Shown here: positions 26,701 to 41,978 of the stretch, piece after piece | Layout: each line of letters opens with the position of its first letter | Position numbering within the stretch: the stretch's first letter is position 1 | Source of the DNA: Balanoglossus misakiensis | Lineage: Eukaryota > Animalia > Hemichordata | Length of the DNA: 64,000 nucleotides | Assembly (NCBI GenBank): GCA_040954595.2 | Contig: CM082589.2 | Span: 1,029,909-1,093,908 of the forward strand | Direction of reading: 5' to 3' | Notes under the pieces: model-generated | The model's input: the letters and a program-made list of their open reading frames with translations, nothing else | Databases searched by the model: none | Told to the model about the DNA's origin: nothing | Made by a program: the position numbers and the translations under genes

Positions 26701-29700
26701 TAAATGGTGAATTCCCCGTATGGTGGTTTCACCGATTTCCATCAAATTAACTGAAGACAACGTTGACATTGCAAATTGGCTGGGGTTTTCTCCTTGTTTC
26801 AATTTTCAAGACATCTCTTGCTAGCACCATTTCTATAATTGGTTGTTGCCCGGTTTCTATTAGGTGGTTTGTCAATGCCAGAATTTTGGCGAGTCCACAA
26901 GGTCAATCACGTTGATGAAACGAGACAGACTTGTGGAGGAGTGTATACTGTGGTATAGATTCATTGATTTGTTCAGACATTATGTCCACAAGGCAGGGTT
27001 GAATGCGTAGTGGACACCGTTTATGAGTTCGAAGTAGCATAGCTAGTGATTGAAGTCATAACTCTTGAGTATTCAGATTGCACTGAAATTGAGAAGAGAA
27101 ACTTAGAAATTGAGTTTGAGGACCGTAGTAAAAATCGATGATGTCAAAGCGGGGGGACTATAGCCAGTTGAAAATGTCAAAGTTAAAGTACTTTGACTGT
27201 ACTTTGGAAGAATTCAATGAAATAAACACTGTTAGTTTTAAAGCGTCTTAAAATGAAAACTAATTCAGCTCAGGTAAAGCTTGCACTAACACTGTACTTG
27301 TGTATACAGATATCTGTGTAAACGACGCGACTGTGTGAATGAGTGTTTCTATCCCTGCTTGATAAAATCGAATTTGGATGTGTAAACTAGATCCCATCTA
27401 TGTGTATGTAGGGAGATGATTGGAAGTGTATGTCTATATGTCCATCTGTCTGTATGTGTGTCTGCCTGTCTGTCAGTGCATGCGTGTCTGTATATGCATG
27501 TTACCGATTGAAATTTGGCTGTACTTTCAGATGGTGAATAATTCTCCCAACACCGTGAAAATTCAAATGAGCTTAAAAATAGCAGTTAAGTTGCGTTATA
27601 TTGAACAAGCTGATAATCACTGCGGAAGGTATTTCATGGACAAATCAGTCATATTAAATCAGCGCGTGAAGGGTAGTGTAATGTCTTTTTATGATGTTAA
27701 TTTCATCCAATAAATTATGAGGGCTGTTCTAAGCTCTCATCTCCTATATCATTCTGACTATCATGTACCTGCAAAATTAGATACTTGACTTGTGTTTTGA
27801 CGAAGGAAGTTGGACCACCTGTGTGCTCTCTGCATACATGTCTGTTTTCTTCTCAGAAATGTCAATATCACTAAGGTGACCCGTCATTCAGGAAGACCTG
27901 GCTTGCCCTTTATAGAATCGTGCCTGTGAGTTTGTTAATCAGTTTAGGAGACACACATGCTGTGCTTAAATTTACATGATATCTATTGAGACCGCAGGCG
28001 TGATTTTGTTATCTTTTGTGACCAGGGTTTCAGTCCTATCTTCTGAGATGGTAATGCTGTCTCATTCACATGATAATTGCTCACGTCTTTTCAGGAGTTC
28101 TTGTGTAAAATTGTAAAAGTCTGCAGTAAATGTTAGGAATCCGTGAGACTTGTAGTCATGGGTAATTGTTTGGCAAATCCTGTCCGCCAGCGTTTGCTTT
28201 GAGCAGAACAGTTTTTATCTCATTCATCGGAGTGCCAGTCACTTTTTCGAGGCATTTGACTCGCAAATAACCTGCTCGTCGATTTAAGATATGAATACTT
28301 CATAGATCTAACTGTTACCGTCGCAATCACAGGATTCTATCGCGTGAGGTGTTTTTCACTTTTGCTGTTTTCAATTTCAGTAACGTGTCACAGGGTTCCT
28401 TTATTTTCCGGAAATGACAATTTATGTCTCATCAGATTTGGTCCTTTTTATCAGATGGTGAAAAAAGGTCATTCCTCCCCTGTTTACTAGTTATCTTGTT
28501 TTCGTCTGCGACAGTTGAATGAAAAGTGTTGAAAATAGATTTATGAAATATGATGCCTTCTCCCAGTAGATCCTGTTGTGTTGTTTTGAGGAGAGGATTC
28601 AGAAATCAATATCAATTAAGCGATTTGCGGGGACCGGTTGCCATGTCAGCTTATAGTTCATTGACCTTGAACCTGAAGAAATAATTGTTCTGTTCATTGA
28701 ACTCGCAGGAAGTAAATTCTGTTGCATCATCATCCTCGTTATCACCGCTATTGTCACTGTCATCATCATTACGCTTTCAAATTGCTGAAATCATTCATCC
28801 AAAATGTAACAATTAAAAACCCCATGCACTGAGAACAACAGACCATAACCTGAGAAGGCTTGCTGATGAAATCTCTTGGAGAAATTGAAATTCAAAACTT
28901 GATGCTGAAATGGGTTTACTTCCCGCATCAAATGATCGCCTGAGAGAAGCAATTAAGGTCGATGATGACAGAAGTGCAGGTGTACTCTTCAGTTCTTTAT
29001 CTTCTAGACACTGGCATTGAAGGCTCTAACAGAGATGTCTGCTGTTGAGGGGAATCTTTTTTGTGACAGAAACTGTCATGAACTTCCCTTAAATGTTGAC
29101 GATCGTCTTATCTGTCATCTTGTCTGTTGTTAGGACAGCACACTGCCTTATGGTACGACTGTATACAATTTCTGTAACCATAGTCTCTGGTTTGACACAT
29201 GCACATAAGATGATCATCGCCCTTTAAAGATATATCCAGCTAACTGTTAAAGGCAGAGTTGATATCCGAAGTCACTATGGACTGCCTCATCACCATGACA
29301 ACTATAAGCATCCCCAACACCCTGATGTACCTAATACAAACCAAACAAAAACACAATAATGCATCAGAAAGTAATTAGGAAATCTTATGACTGTCTTGCG
29401 AAAATTCAATTAAAATTCCGGATATTTCAATACTGTCCTTGTAATCGGTTGGACAAACTGGGTATCTTTCTTTTCTCCGTGTGCTCGGATGAGATGTATG
29501 ATTAAATTTTGATGGATTGGTGAATAGGAACATCTCCCACAGCCGAGTCTGAAATCTCCATAAGTTATTATGTCACAATGAACTATAAATTTTATTTTGC
29601 TTTCATTAATAGCAAATTTGATTATGGTATGAAAACTGCAAGAAAAACCGGCTCATCTAGAAATGTTTTTGTACCATGTCAGTGAGCTCATTCTGTTGGT

Positions 29701-32700
29701 GTCAGGTTTAGCTCAGTCTTGTCATTTCAGTGAGGGATTTGGTATCTTTCTGGAGATTGCCTTAACTCCTATCTTCAGTTGAAAACTGTGTGAATTTGTT
29801 GTCTACATTTGATTGGTTCTTAGATGAATCTGCGAAGTAAGGGTTAGATAAATTGCTATATTAGCAAAAGATGCAGTGATTATTACTGATAGTAATTTTC
29901 CTTATTATTTGAATTACTGGTACGCCTGAGATAATTTTGTATTATAGATTACAAGGATACTGCGACTGATTTTCAGTACTGGGTTAATTTTTCTGTGTGA
30001 TTAAAATGACATTACCTATGACCATTTATAAGATTGTTTTTTTCCATGTCAAAACATGTGGTGTTCCTCAAATGTGTTTTTAATAATTTCTATCTCTGGA
30101 GATTTTAGGGTCATGTTTGGCCCAAACTCGTTCTTAGACAAAATTTGACAAGTAGGACTGTCTGTCAGTTCTCTTCAAGCATTCAGGTGACCTGCGATTC
30201 TAATTGGCTTTCGTCAACATTTTAATTTCTTTCCAGATTGCTGTAAGTCGAAATCGCAGAACAGGTACGCTCTCTGTAGACGGGGGCGATGAAGAACGTG
30301 GCAAGGCACCAGATGGAGCATCAAACATGGATATTAAAATCCCGTTGTACGTTGGTGGTGTAGAAGAAACAATTCCTGTGCCAAGACTCGGAAAGGTAAG
30401 ATTTCATCTCCCATGATGCCTTGCAAACGATGTAACCTTGTTATTTCCTGCAATTTGAAACCATTCCTGGAAATCCAGTAAAAATTGAATTTACTCCTGG
30501 AAAATTGACCATCAAACGCTCATCAGACCTCCAAGCTGTTTTTTTACGGAGAAGCGATTGGAAAGTCACTTGGGAATAGTATCATCTCGGGTGTGTATAC
30601 TTCCCCTTGTGATTCTTTACACAGTTGGTTTGGTCAAAATAACTGCTACCACAACTCAACAGTCATAGAGATAAAAATAATGTGACACTATGTGATGAGA
30701 GGTTACTGGTGATGAATTCTGAAACTAAGGCCTGTCCGTCCGATCGTGGTTCTCATGGGTGACAATTAAGATGTGAGAATCTCAGTCTGATGGCCTATTA
30801 GACCGATAGTGGAACAGTGAAAAAAAGATAAAAGGTTTTGCTTTGAACTGGAACTCCCTGACCCTTTGTCTTCATTGCCGTTACCATGGAAATACATGTA
30901 GCCTCTGGATGAACAAGATTGAGAGGTTGATTTTCAGCCAATCAGGAGAATTATCTCTAATCATCAAATGATTGGAACAAGTTACCCACCATTTGTAAAA
31001 TGAACCACGGTGGCTCGGCAATTGTGAACAAAAGCTGTCCATCCAGTTTGATGAACAGAAATGAGTCAGTGACCAATAGCAGGAAAGATATACAAAACTG
31101 ATAAAATGATAAAGATATGTTGTGTTTTTATTCATTAATAATTTAAAAGTGATGGGGTATATGTACATCAATTTGTGGTATGATAGGATCCAATATGGCC
31201 ACCTGGTAACCATATTTTGTACCGGTAATGCTGAATGGTGTACTCACAACTACTATTTTCCCAGTGCAAGGCCCAGCAGCAAAAAATGCCTACGATCTGG
31301 AAAACTGTGATGATGTACTGAATCAAAAAATTTGCTGATCACACACACGTACATACCGTCATACGCATACATTTACATGATAACAACTTAATATTTGGCT
31401 CTGTCATCTCTGTGCCCATGAATTAGGCTGATTACTGCTGAAAATTGCTCATTTTAATTTACCACGGCGCTTGAATCAACACAGAGAGACATTAAAATTA
31501 ATTATATGAAGTTCACTCAGCTGCTTTAATCAGCAGATTAACCAAGATATTCATGTGTTGTAACTCAACGTTAATACAATTCAATCAAAGTGAATGGTCA
31601 TAAAAACAGGCAGACACTGCATAGGAGATGAAGCTGTGAGAACGGCCATCGTCATCTGTAATCTGATCACAGATTAAGATTGTGACTGAAATAATTAACA
31701 TCTTCAAGGGCAATTGCTCTACCTACTTAGTTTGCTTAGCTTCAATTCAAGCTTGGTTGACATCTGTTACTTTTTCTATCACTTGTCACGATAGAAACGC
31801 TTAAAATACTGAATCTGTGATTGTGGGTTCAGTTTTCCTAGGCTGTTCAATCGCTCATCTCAAAAAGAATTCTGTATAACATCTGATAATTAGTCCATCA
31901 GTTGGCTGAATTCTGAAAACCTCAGATTTTGTAAAGGTAACAAAATTGATGAAGATGTTTAAGCACTGTTTACCCTTTGGCCACCGAAGCAAGAGTTTTT
32001 ATTAGTCTTGCATTCACGCTTCTTCTCAGACATACCACAAATTTTATGTGCAAGTTTCCCCCAAGATATCTCCGTGAAGCACCTTCAATGAAATCTAATA
32101 TAGCCAGTACTTATACATACCTCAGATTTTATTTGCAAGTTGACTACAAGGTAACTCATTAAGAATCAGATTCTTTAACGAAATCCAATATAGGGAAAAT
32201 TTGAGAGATTTATCACAGTAAAAAATCGAATGTCCTAAACACATCCCTGGTTATCTCTTTGAGATAACTGAAGACAGATTGAAACCTACAGGGCATATAC
32301 TAATTACATCAAGCAGCTGATTTTGTTCCTTAAACTCCTCCAATCTTGCCTTCTGGGAACTATTAAATTTGATCGGACATTAATTTTCCACTGGTACAGG
32401 TATATACAGAGGGTTCCATGATGCTGTACTGATTTTGTCTAACACAAACAAAATAAATTGTTTTCCTTCAGGAAATTCACTATTGTTTTGTGATCTAATC
32501 CAGAGAGGCTGTTTTGTCTCAAGGCTCCTCAGCTACCTTAAAAACCAAAGCAGTTTGGAAAATTAAAGATTTGGATTTTAAGAAGTTGTCAATAAATTGC
32601 ACCAGTGGGATAAAAATGAGCTATGTAGATTTTTTTCATCAAGATAGTATTTAGAAGACCACTCCTGTATTTGTCTTTTCCATATGGTACCACATGGCAC

Positions 32701-35700
32701 AAATGGAAAACCTTCCGTGATACAAATAAAATTTGGGCTTCTGACGCTGTAACATACCTTATTGAGTTAAATGCTTTGTAATTTATGTCTCTTGTTTATA
32801 CAAAGCTCATCATAAAATAAAACCATATTGAGTAGGCCACATGTGGACAATATTTTTTTCTTAATACCCCGTACCCGTAACCTTGAACATTGTGATGAAC
32901 AATCAGGTGAAATCACAACCAATTAAACACGAAATGTTGCGGCAGATGAAAGTCTGTGTTTGCTTGATCATTAACTTGAACAAAAGTGATTGTTTGGATG
33001 AATGATAATTATAATCCTAACCATTGCGTTTGGGTTTGAGTATACCAACATATTGTCATTTGCATAACTGCTGGTAGACTAATTGAGTCATGTTTATTGT
33101 GATTTGAGAGAAAATTAGAAAATTGAAAACTCTGTAGTCAGAAAAGCGTGGGAGGAGGGCAATGATGTTTGGGTATTGACAATCAATAAAACTATTTTTT
33201 TTTCCTCTCTCAGGTGTCCAATAGTTTAGATAGCTGCATCAGAAAGTTTGAACTGAACGCTGAGATGTTAGACCTGCAATCGCCGTCCAGTTCCACAGAT
33301 GTAATGCCATGTTACACGACAGTAGAAAATGGAGCCTACTTCTCGGGTGATGGCTATGCTGTGCTTGGTATGTATTAATTATGAATATAAAAGGATTGGA
33401 TAGATCAAACAAGAATTAAGCTGTCAGAATAGGATTATAGGATTAAGCAGCAGTTTGTATGGATATTATTAGCTATTGTGAAATGAGCTTTGGGATTAAT
33501 AGTACATGGTACAGATGTGATTTCTAGAATATGGGAGTTATACACAATTTATGAAGATATTTACTAGGATTTATTGGAATTAAATACAAAAGTCTCTGGA
33601 GATTTTTTATCAGTGTATATACATTGTTTTGAGATGAGTGACAAGATTCAGATTAGCTTCTTGGAGATCATCAAGATAAGATAAAGAGGTGAATATCAAG
33701 ATTAAGAGCTAATTTTAGGAGATTATCATATCAGGGTAAGTATCAGGGATTTGTGATGATTATTGGGAATAAGGGGAGAGCCATTTGGTTTCTTGAGAGG
33801 GTGGAGTTTATAGGTATATTTTCATCCACTGTTTATACAGCATTTTTCCATTGCTAGTCCTACTTTTACTCAAGGCATTGCAGAAGACAAAAAATATCTC
33901 CTGCACCATCTGCCAGTTTTTTTCTCTCCAAACATCCTCCACCACCCCCTCCCTGAATTCAAATGGTTCTCCCCTAAGAAAACCCAGCTGAATATGAGTG
34001 ACGTCATGTTGTGAATGTCATGAGTCCAAACAAGTGATTAGAATATAATCAAAGGATTACACTAAAAACATTTTAAAATGATTATGAAGATTAAATCAAG
34101 ATTTCTGGCAATATTTTTATGATTTCAATTTGGCTTCAGGTAATTACCATTTTATATTCATTTTAATTCTTTGCTGGCATTTAAATGGGATAGATTAAAT
34201 GTTGTCTCTGACGTTTATTGTGCAGGAATGTATCTATAGCTGAAAGTGCCTTAAGGATATGGAAAACTTTTAACTGAAGAATCTGGATTTTTTGCTAACA
34301 GCTGATGTAAATGACGTCTTCAGTCAGACAATTTCACAAATTCCTTTTTTATAGTTTTATTCCAAATTCTCAACTTTGCTGTAAAAGTCATTAAGGGAAG
34401 CCTCCCTGAGGAGTTCTGGAAGCCGTAACTCCATTTGATAGTGAGAGCTGGTCGGGGATTGAAGCAGTGAGCTGTGAAATACTGTCTAAAACCGTTAACA
34501 GCAGCCAAGTATTCCCAAAGGAGTGCTAACAGAAAAATATCAAGGAAGTGTATTCTGTTAGACTATTGATCTCATCACCGTGTTTGTTACACAGTTCAAA
34601 TTAATACAAAACAGTTCAGCTATCACACAAACACAAGATGATACATCGATAGAATTATTGTCCCCATTATTTTCAGATGAAACATTCCGAGTTGGTACAG
34701 ATATGGTTATAGAGCTTGAATTCCGTACAACGCAGAACAACGGTGTTCTGATGACTGTAGCCAATGAAAGAAATGACTGCTTCGGATTGGAACTGGTTAA
34801 TGGAGAGGTAAGCATACTGCCCCCTAGCGTCCAATAATTGACATCGAGTGAGAGATTAGATATGTGTATGTCCATCATTATGAATTAGATATTAACTTCG
34901 CAATCAAACGGGAATAGTCTTATAATTATATTGTTTTCCTCAATTGGATTCAAAACGAAGGTTATAGTGTTTCAGTCCAGATGATTCTGTATGCATATTT
35001 GATAATGTTTTCCATATTGAATGGTCATCTTATATTTATTCCAATAATGAAATCTGGACAACACATGAATAGATCATCTTTTTATGATTAAGGTTAAATA
35101 TTTTGTTTCATTTGAGTGGCTACAGCAATTATTGTGATGAGAATTTAATTTTTTCGGGTCTAGCCTTTCTGAAATAGGCTTGATCTTTCCGTGATTTCCA
35201 GAAGACAAAGGCCAGGAGGGGTTAATTAATATACTGCCACAAATCAAAGTGATGTGCTGGCCTCGATTTTCGTAATGTTTATGTCCACAAAATTGGAAAT
35301 AATCTTGGCTCTCTCTCACTCACTGTGCATCTGTCTCTTTGAAAAAATTAGAACTCGCAATTCAACACAGAGATTGACTTTCTTGCTTATATTTTTTCTA
35401 GTTAACATTACGTGCTGACAACGGAGCTGGAAAGTTTGACGCGGTCTTCACAACAGAGTCTCCCTACTCTCTTTGCGATAACGAGTGGCATATAGTTCGA
35501 GCGAACAAAGTGAAAAATGCACTTGAACTTCAAGTAGATGGAGAGTATGTTGGTGGTGGCACAGACAAGATCAGTAGCTCAGCCGATACCAATAATCCTC
35601 TCTATATTGGTGGCTATCCAGGTATGTTTCCATATTCTTCTTAGACTCGTTAATATTGTCTCAATGTCTGTTGCAAGACATACCCATTCATCAACCTATC

Positions 35701-36031
35701 AAAATGAGACGATAGACTGGATTGAGTACGCAACAGTGAATGCTGACAGCCTTTGTTTGCTGGCTTTTCCCCTTGAGTTCTGGTCAGGCCCGACCACCAC
35801 CGACCTGCATGGGGAGAACCCTCTAGAGGGAACTGTAGTCTTACTTCAGGCATTGTCACTAAATAATTTTTGTTTCTCTTTCCAGATACCGCTATAGCAC
35901 AGAAAGCATTGACTATAAGTGACAAGTTCCAAGGGTGCATACGCAATGTGAAAATTCAAGACGTCTTACAAGACATGAGCAAAGCACCCGTGTTGTTCAA
36001 CGTCAGTCCAAACTCATGTCCTTTTGTTTAA
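23762..36031 (+). CDS. LAMA1/2: Laminin subunit alpha (alpha-1/2-like), last six coding exons encoding LG4-LG5; 5' part is outside the window
   Basis: Phase-consistent GT-AG exons: 23762-23957, 30237-30395, 33214-33367, 34677-34807, 35402-35621, 35886-36031 (TAA). Translation includes FSFDNGAG, INDGEWHT, LYVGG, DSCIRKFELN, CYTTVENGAYFSGDGY, ELEFRTT, DNGAGKF, LCDNEWHIVRANKVKNALELQVDG, ADTNNPLYIGGYP, FQGCIRNVKI and C-terminal SCP. These match my recollection of laminin alpha-1/2 C-terminal LG domains. Confidence 0.88.
24168..24518. mobile_element. Possible degenerate MITE
   Basis: Ends (t)gccaagaaaaaa ... tttttttggcc form an imperfect inverted repeat with tta/ttg flanks. Internal ggtaggtagg and ggggtgggtc motifs. 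Confidence 0.35.
27395..27560. repeat. (TGTC/TGTA)n-rich degenerate repeat, possible non-autonomous Helitron-like remnant
   Basis: A ctgtctgtatgtgtgtctgcctgtctgtc microsatellite followed by accgatt-gaaatt. The same arrangement recurs near 49625-49690. Confidence 0.35.
30880..31385. repeat. Probable decayed interspersed-repeat remnant
   Basis: Contains tccaatatggccacctggtaaccatattt and ends in a cacacacgtacatac/catacat microsatellite-like tail. This layout resembles non-autonomous elements of marine invertebrates (pattern recognition only). Confidence 0.3.
33773..33974. mobile_element. Small MITE, PIF/Harbinger (Tourist-like), 202 bp
   Basis: Left end GGGGAGAGCCATTTG versus reverse complement of the right end GGGGAGAACCATTTG (14/15 identical, weaker similarity further in). 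TAA flanks at 33770-33772 and 33975-33977. Confidence 0.75.
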
Positions 36032-38517
36032 TTGCAAATCACGACCCCAAACTTGGCAGCTTTTAGGATGATAGATCTGAGTTTGAGTTAAAAAATCTGT
36101 CCAGTCGCTGAATCAGTTGTTCCCCCTCTCATAATCACATGTAGCTCTGAATTCATCCAGCCATGTGTTTAGGAAAGGCTGGGTTACACCGAACAGAATG
36201 TGTCATTGAAGAATTTGTTTATCGGAAATGACAGTGGTTTGCTGCAAGGACGTTCTGGTATTTTCACAACCTTAAATTGTGAATTCCAGACTCTGTTGTG
36301 TTGGGGACTCCTGCGAAGACTTCAATATTACCAATTGGGAATTTAACACAAACCTGTCACTTCACGAATTCACAAATTCTTCCGAAAAACCCCATTTGAT
36401 ATGTTTGTTTTTATTTTTGTCTGGTTACGTACACATTGATGACATTTTGTAGTGCACGCAGTAAGAGAGACCTTGGGACCAGATATGATTCATCACCATT
36501 AACTTTGTCCCAACTGCCGACAGTGTCTGAAATAGTCATTAACATGTTGACAGGCTTGATTAAGTTGCCAATGACTACTTATGTATCCCACTTTGCCACA
36601 AAAACCTTGATACGACTCCCGGGATTCCAACGGCGAAATTACTCCAGTTCAGTGACTGCACAGTTTTATTAACCCACTGCGTTCGACATTGACTATGAAT
36701 CAAGCGGAAATCAAGTGACTTTTAAAATATTTTTGTACAGGTTTTTTAAACTACCACGAAGTGCCTACGGTTCCATCTCAAAAGAGCAATCTATTTTTCT
36801 ACTGATGTGGGGATTCTATGAAATTTGTCTGAAATTATTTTAAAGGGATCTTGTTGATTTTTTTAGCTGTAGGTGTAGATGTTTTTATACTGAAGAAGTA
36901 TTCATTTGTTTTCTGTACATGGTGTCCAAAAGTAATGGATTGCTGGTAACCATGGTGACCAACTTTTGAGTTCTGTTCATGAACATCCCAGCATGCCTCA
37001 CACACAGTCTACGTAATTTGTAGCTAAGTTTACGAGGAAACAAGTCTGGTGACCTTCGACCCCAAACACACTTCTGCCAGCATCCTGATATGTTTACAGT
37101 GAATCCCTCTTTCCAAAATTAAAATTGATTAGTCATCTTTCTTAATTCGGATGAAATATAACAACTAGAAAGTCAGTTCTTATGGGTTTGTTTTACTGCA
37201 GTCCATGGAATTATTTTATGTGTAAGGGGATTTATAGATCTTAGTAAACCGCCAATCATTGAGGAATACCACAGCTGAGGTCGTGCTTTGGCGCCCAGAG
37301 CATACAGAACTTGAAGAAAAAAACTGTGACTGATTATGAAGCAAGTTTTCTTAAACCAGGATTTATGCTTCCTTTTGCCATCAAATATATCTTTCATCCC
37401 AGAAGTGTTTCGGCTGAGACATTACTCTTGCATTACCATCTTCTGATATGACAAGCATTAACCCAGACCAGATCATCGTGGCAGACAGATTTTATTAGCT
37501 GTCTATATGTCTCTGTATATCGCATCCCATCTTTTTGCATCCGGTAATCACTATTTTTCTTTATCCCTGAACGATCTAAAAAAATTCTTTTGCAGTTTTA
37601 TTTTTCTCTAAAGTAACATCACCTCATTCCAGCGTGTCTAATGAAGCTTTTTGTAAAATCTATGTGTAATCTTCAGGCATGGAAAGACTCTTGAGATTTT
37701 GTCTACTGTCGCAGAACTCTCTTTATCAGATCCTGCTGACAGTAATAACCAACCAGACAAATGAGCCCGTCTTCATTTTACATCATTTCTAACCTGCCTG
37801 TACGGCTTTACCTGTATCGAAAACAAATGAATACAAATATAGTTTTAATGTAGTCTGTTGTAGATATGTGCTCTTTGTACACAGTGCAGTAAATTGCCGT
37901 TTTACCGAGTGATCTTTGTGCACACAGGAAGAAGCTGACTTGTGTTATCATCCGTTGATCTTTGTAATAAAAAGGCGCAGGCAATTTAATGATGGTTTGC
38001 GGGCGAGGATACCATCTTATGTAAAAAGCAAAATGATTTACACAAGACATCCATTCCAGCGTGGTACTTTCAGGTGCACCGGTAATGCAAAGTTTCCAAC
38101 CATAAATATGATATATTGATTTGCCATTCACTTGTGTCTGTGGAGAATTTTTATGCATCGCTCGTACGCGGCGGTAATCTGCAACACAACGCACATCATC
38201 GAACGTGATAGCGTGAACATCTGTAGGGGGTTGCTTTTATTTTGCGATTACCTCGACCTTGGTTTTGTCTTTTCATTAGCATAGCCTGGAGTCGGACCTC
38301 TATCAGACAGGTATTTGTAGAATTTGGAAATTCGGATAGATCCCATTTATTTCGAAAGATAATGAAAATGACATATTATATCCAAGGCTATTTTGGCGCC
38401 CCCTACAGTTCATATTGAGCATACATTTTTCTCTGTATCAAGGAAAAACTTTTAACAGATAACGAATGTCATTTTATTTGGTGTGTGTTTTTTTAATGTG
38501 TGTGTACAAAGTAGCAG

Positions 38518-38523
38518 AATAAA
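38518..38523 (+). terminator. Candidate poly(A) signal of the laminin gene (about 2.5 kb 3' UTR)
   Basis: AATAAA followed by GT/T-rich sequence (gtgcgtcttttgtt), just before the convergent EIF2S1 3' end. Confidence 0.5.
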
Positions 38524-38623
38524 GTAGTCGGAAGCAATTAAGTTCGTGCGTCTTTTGTTACATTTTGGAGTTCATTTTTGGCCTTTGGCATTCATTGGGT
38601 TGATAATTGCGATGGGTCAGGCC

Positions 38624-38845
38624 GTCAATTTCTAGGTTGAAAGAATTCTTTTTTGAAAGATTACATGTCAAATGCAAGGTCACAATTTAAATGTACAATA
38701 ATGGTGCAGAGAACTTGAGTACCATGCAGTCATTATCACCCCAAGATTCTATTAATGGTGACAGGATTATCTGTCAATTTCTAGGTTGAAAGAATTTTCT
38801 TTCAAAGATTACATTTGAAAGACAAGGACACAATCAACATGTACT
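38624..38845. repeat. Diverged direct duplication of about 70 bp with a 149-bp period
   Basis: gtcaatttctaggttgaaagaatt...aaagattacat...caagg.cacaat...atgtac occurs at 38624 and again at 38773. Confidence 0.85.
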
Positions 38846-38856
38846 GTCTATGTGGC

Positions 38857-38862
38857 TTTATT
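38857..38862 (-). terminator. Candidate poly(A) signal of EIF2S1
   Basis: AATAAA on the minus strand about 150 nt downstream of the stop codon. Confidence 0.5.
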
Positions 38863-39013
38863 AGATCTTTCCTCCATTTTATTTTACAGCTGTCTTTTTC
38901 AAGACAAAAGATGTACATGTCAATAGTGGATATCAACAACAGACAAGTTTACTCCAAATGTTCTGATATTGAAATCAAATTTGCAAAATAAGTATTCATA
39001 ATATTGTAGTCAA

Positions 39014-40842
<1,829 letters not shown>

Positions 40843-41219
40843 TTATTAAAACTGCAAAAGATAAGGAAACACAGCAAACTAATTATTTGAGAACATGAAT
40901 GTGAATAGTTTGATTAGATTGACATACAAAATCTGCATTCTCCATCAATGGAAGAAATTGACCCCCCCCCCCCCCCCCCCAATAAAACAGATTATCTCCA
41001 TTGAGTCGAGCCACAGTTCATGGCTTAATTTATTCAAAGCACACAGGTCAAAGCATCCTAATCAACTTATTTTCGGGTCAACTATATATTCTGCTTTCAG
41101 TTTCACTTTATACTCGGTTGATCGTGAGGATCGTAGTGTTAGTATGAAATGACATATGCATGAAACCTCGACCTGTCTGGGCCAATTTCAAATTTTGCTT
41201 TATGCTGTCATCGGTCACC

Positions 41220-41760
41220 TTACGATTAAAATGGAATCAAATACAATGGTATCATTGAACAACTTGCCTTTGCCTGGAAAAATAAAGGGAATTGGGAGCA
41301 AATACAGGCGAACACGCTTCTAAATATTGGTTCGTGGATCTTCCGTACGCGATTTCTTCTGATGCAATGGCGGTCACACATGTGGTCGACCTCTGACCCC
41401 AAGTCTGGGCATTTTCAGACTGTGCATTCCAACACCTCGCTGGGAAAATCGTTTTGAAGCATATATTTGAACTAGTTACTGCATTTGTGGATTGATATTT
41501 TGTTTATTTAGTTGAATTACTACATTTATTATTTTTTCACAGTTTATAAACGCTGAAATCATCATCTGTGTTTATATGATATGTGAATCTGAAGTTGATA
41601 ATGACGAAACGCTGACTATCAGGAAAAGTGTGGTGTGTGCACTTTATGATGTAGTTTACACGAAACCCGAAATATCAGCGCTTAAACTGAAGAATTAAGG
41701 ACCCATGCGAATAAGTTGATTACTTTTCTGGATACACTTTACTTCTTGTAACAGGTGCAA
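41220..41760. promoter_or_regulatory. Putative bidirectional promoter region shared by EIF2S1 and RAE1
   Basis: Divergent ATGs about 1.15 kb apart, each preceded by a splice acceptor. Local CpG enrichment, an ATTGG (CCAAT box) and an AATGGCGG (YY1-like) motif at about 41325-41375. Confidence 0.55.
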
Positions 41761-41978
41761 AACAGGTCTGTCTGATAAACTCTTAAAATCGAGCATAAAC
41801 ATATTTGACAACTGCCTGTTGTGTTGTTTTCCCTCGTGCTCATAACTCATTCATTGTAACTAATTTATGCAAAGCAATGTAACATAAGCATCTTTGCATC
41901 TCATATTTTGTTGTCTTGGAAGTCATGTAGATAAATAACCATCTCAACATTTCCACACCACCAGAGCTATCTAGAAGA

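Noticed and set aside
23762-36031. Alternative identity of the LamG exons as agrin, perlecan or neurexin
   Set aside because: Two LG domains are directly adjacent with no intervening EGF repeat and end in SCP-x-x-stop, which fits a laminin alpha chain.
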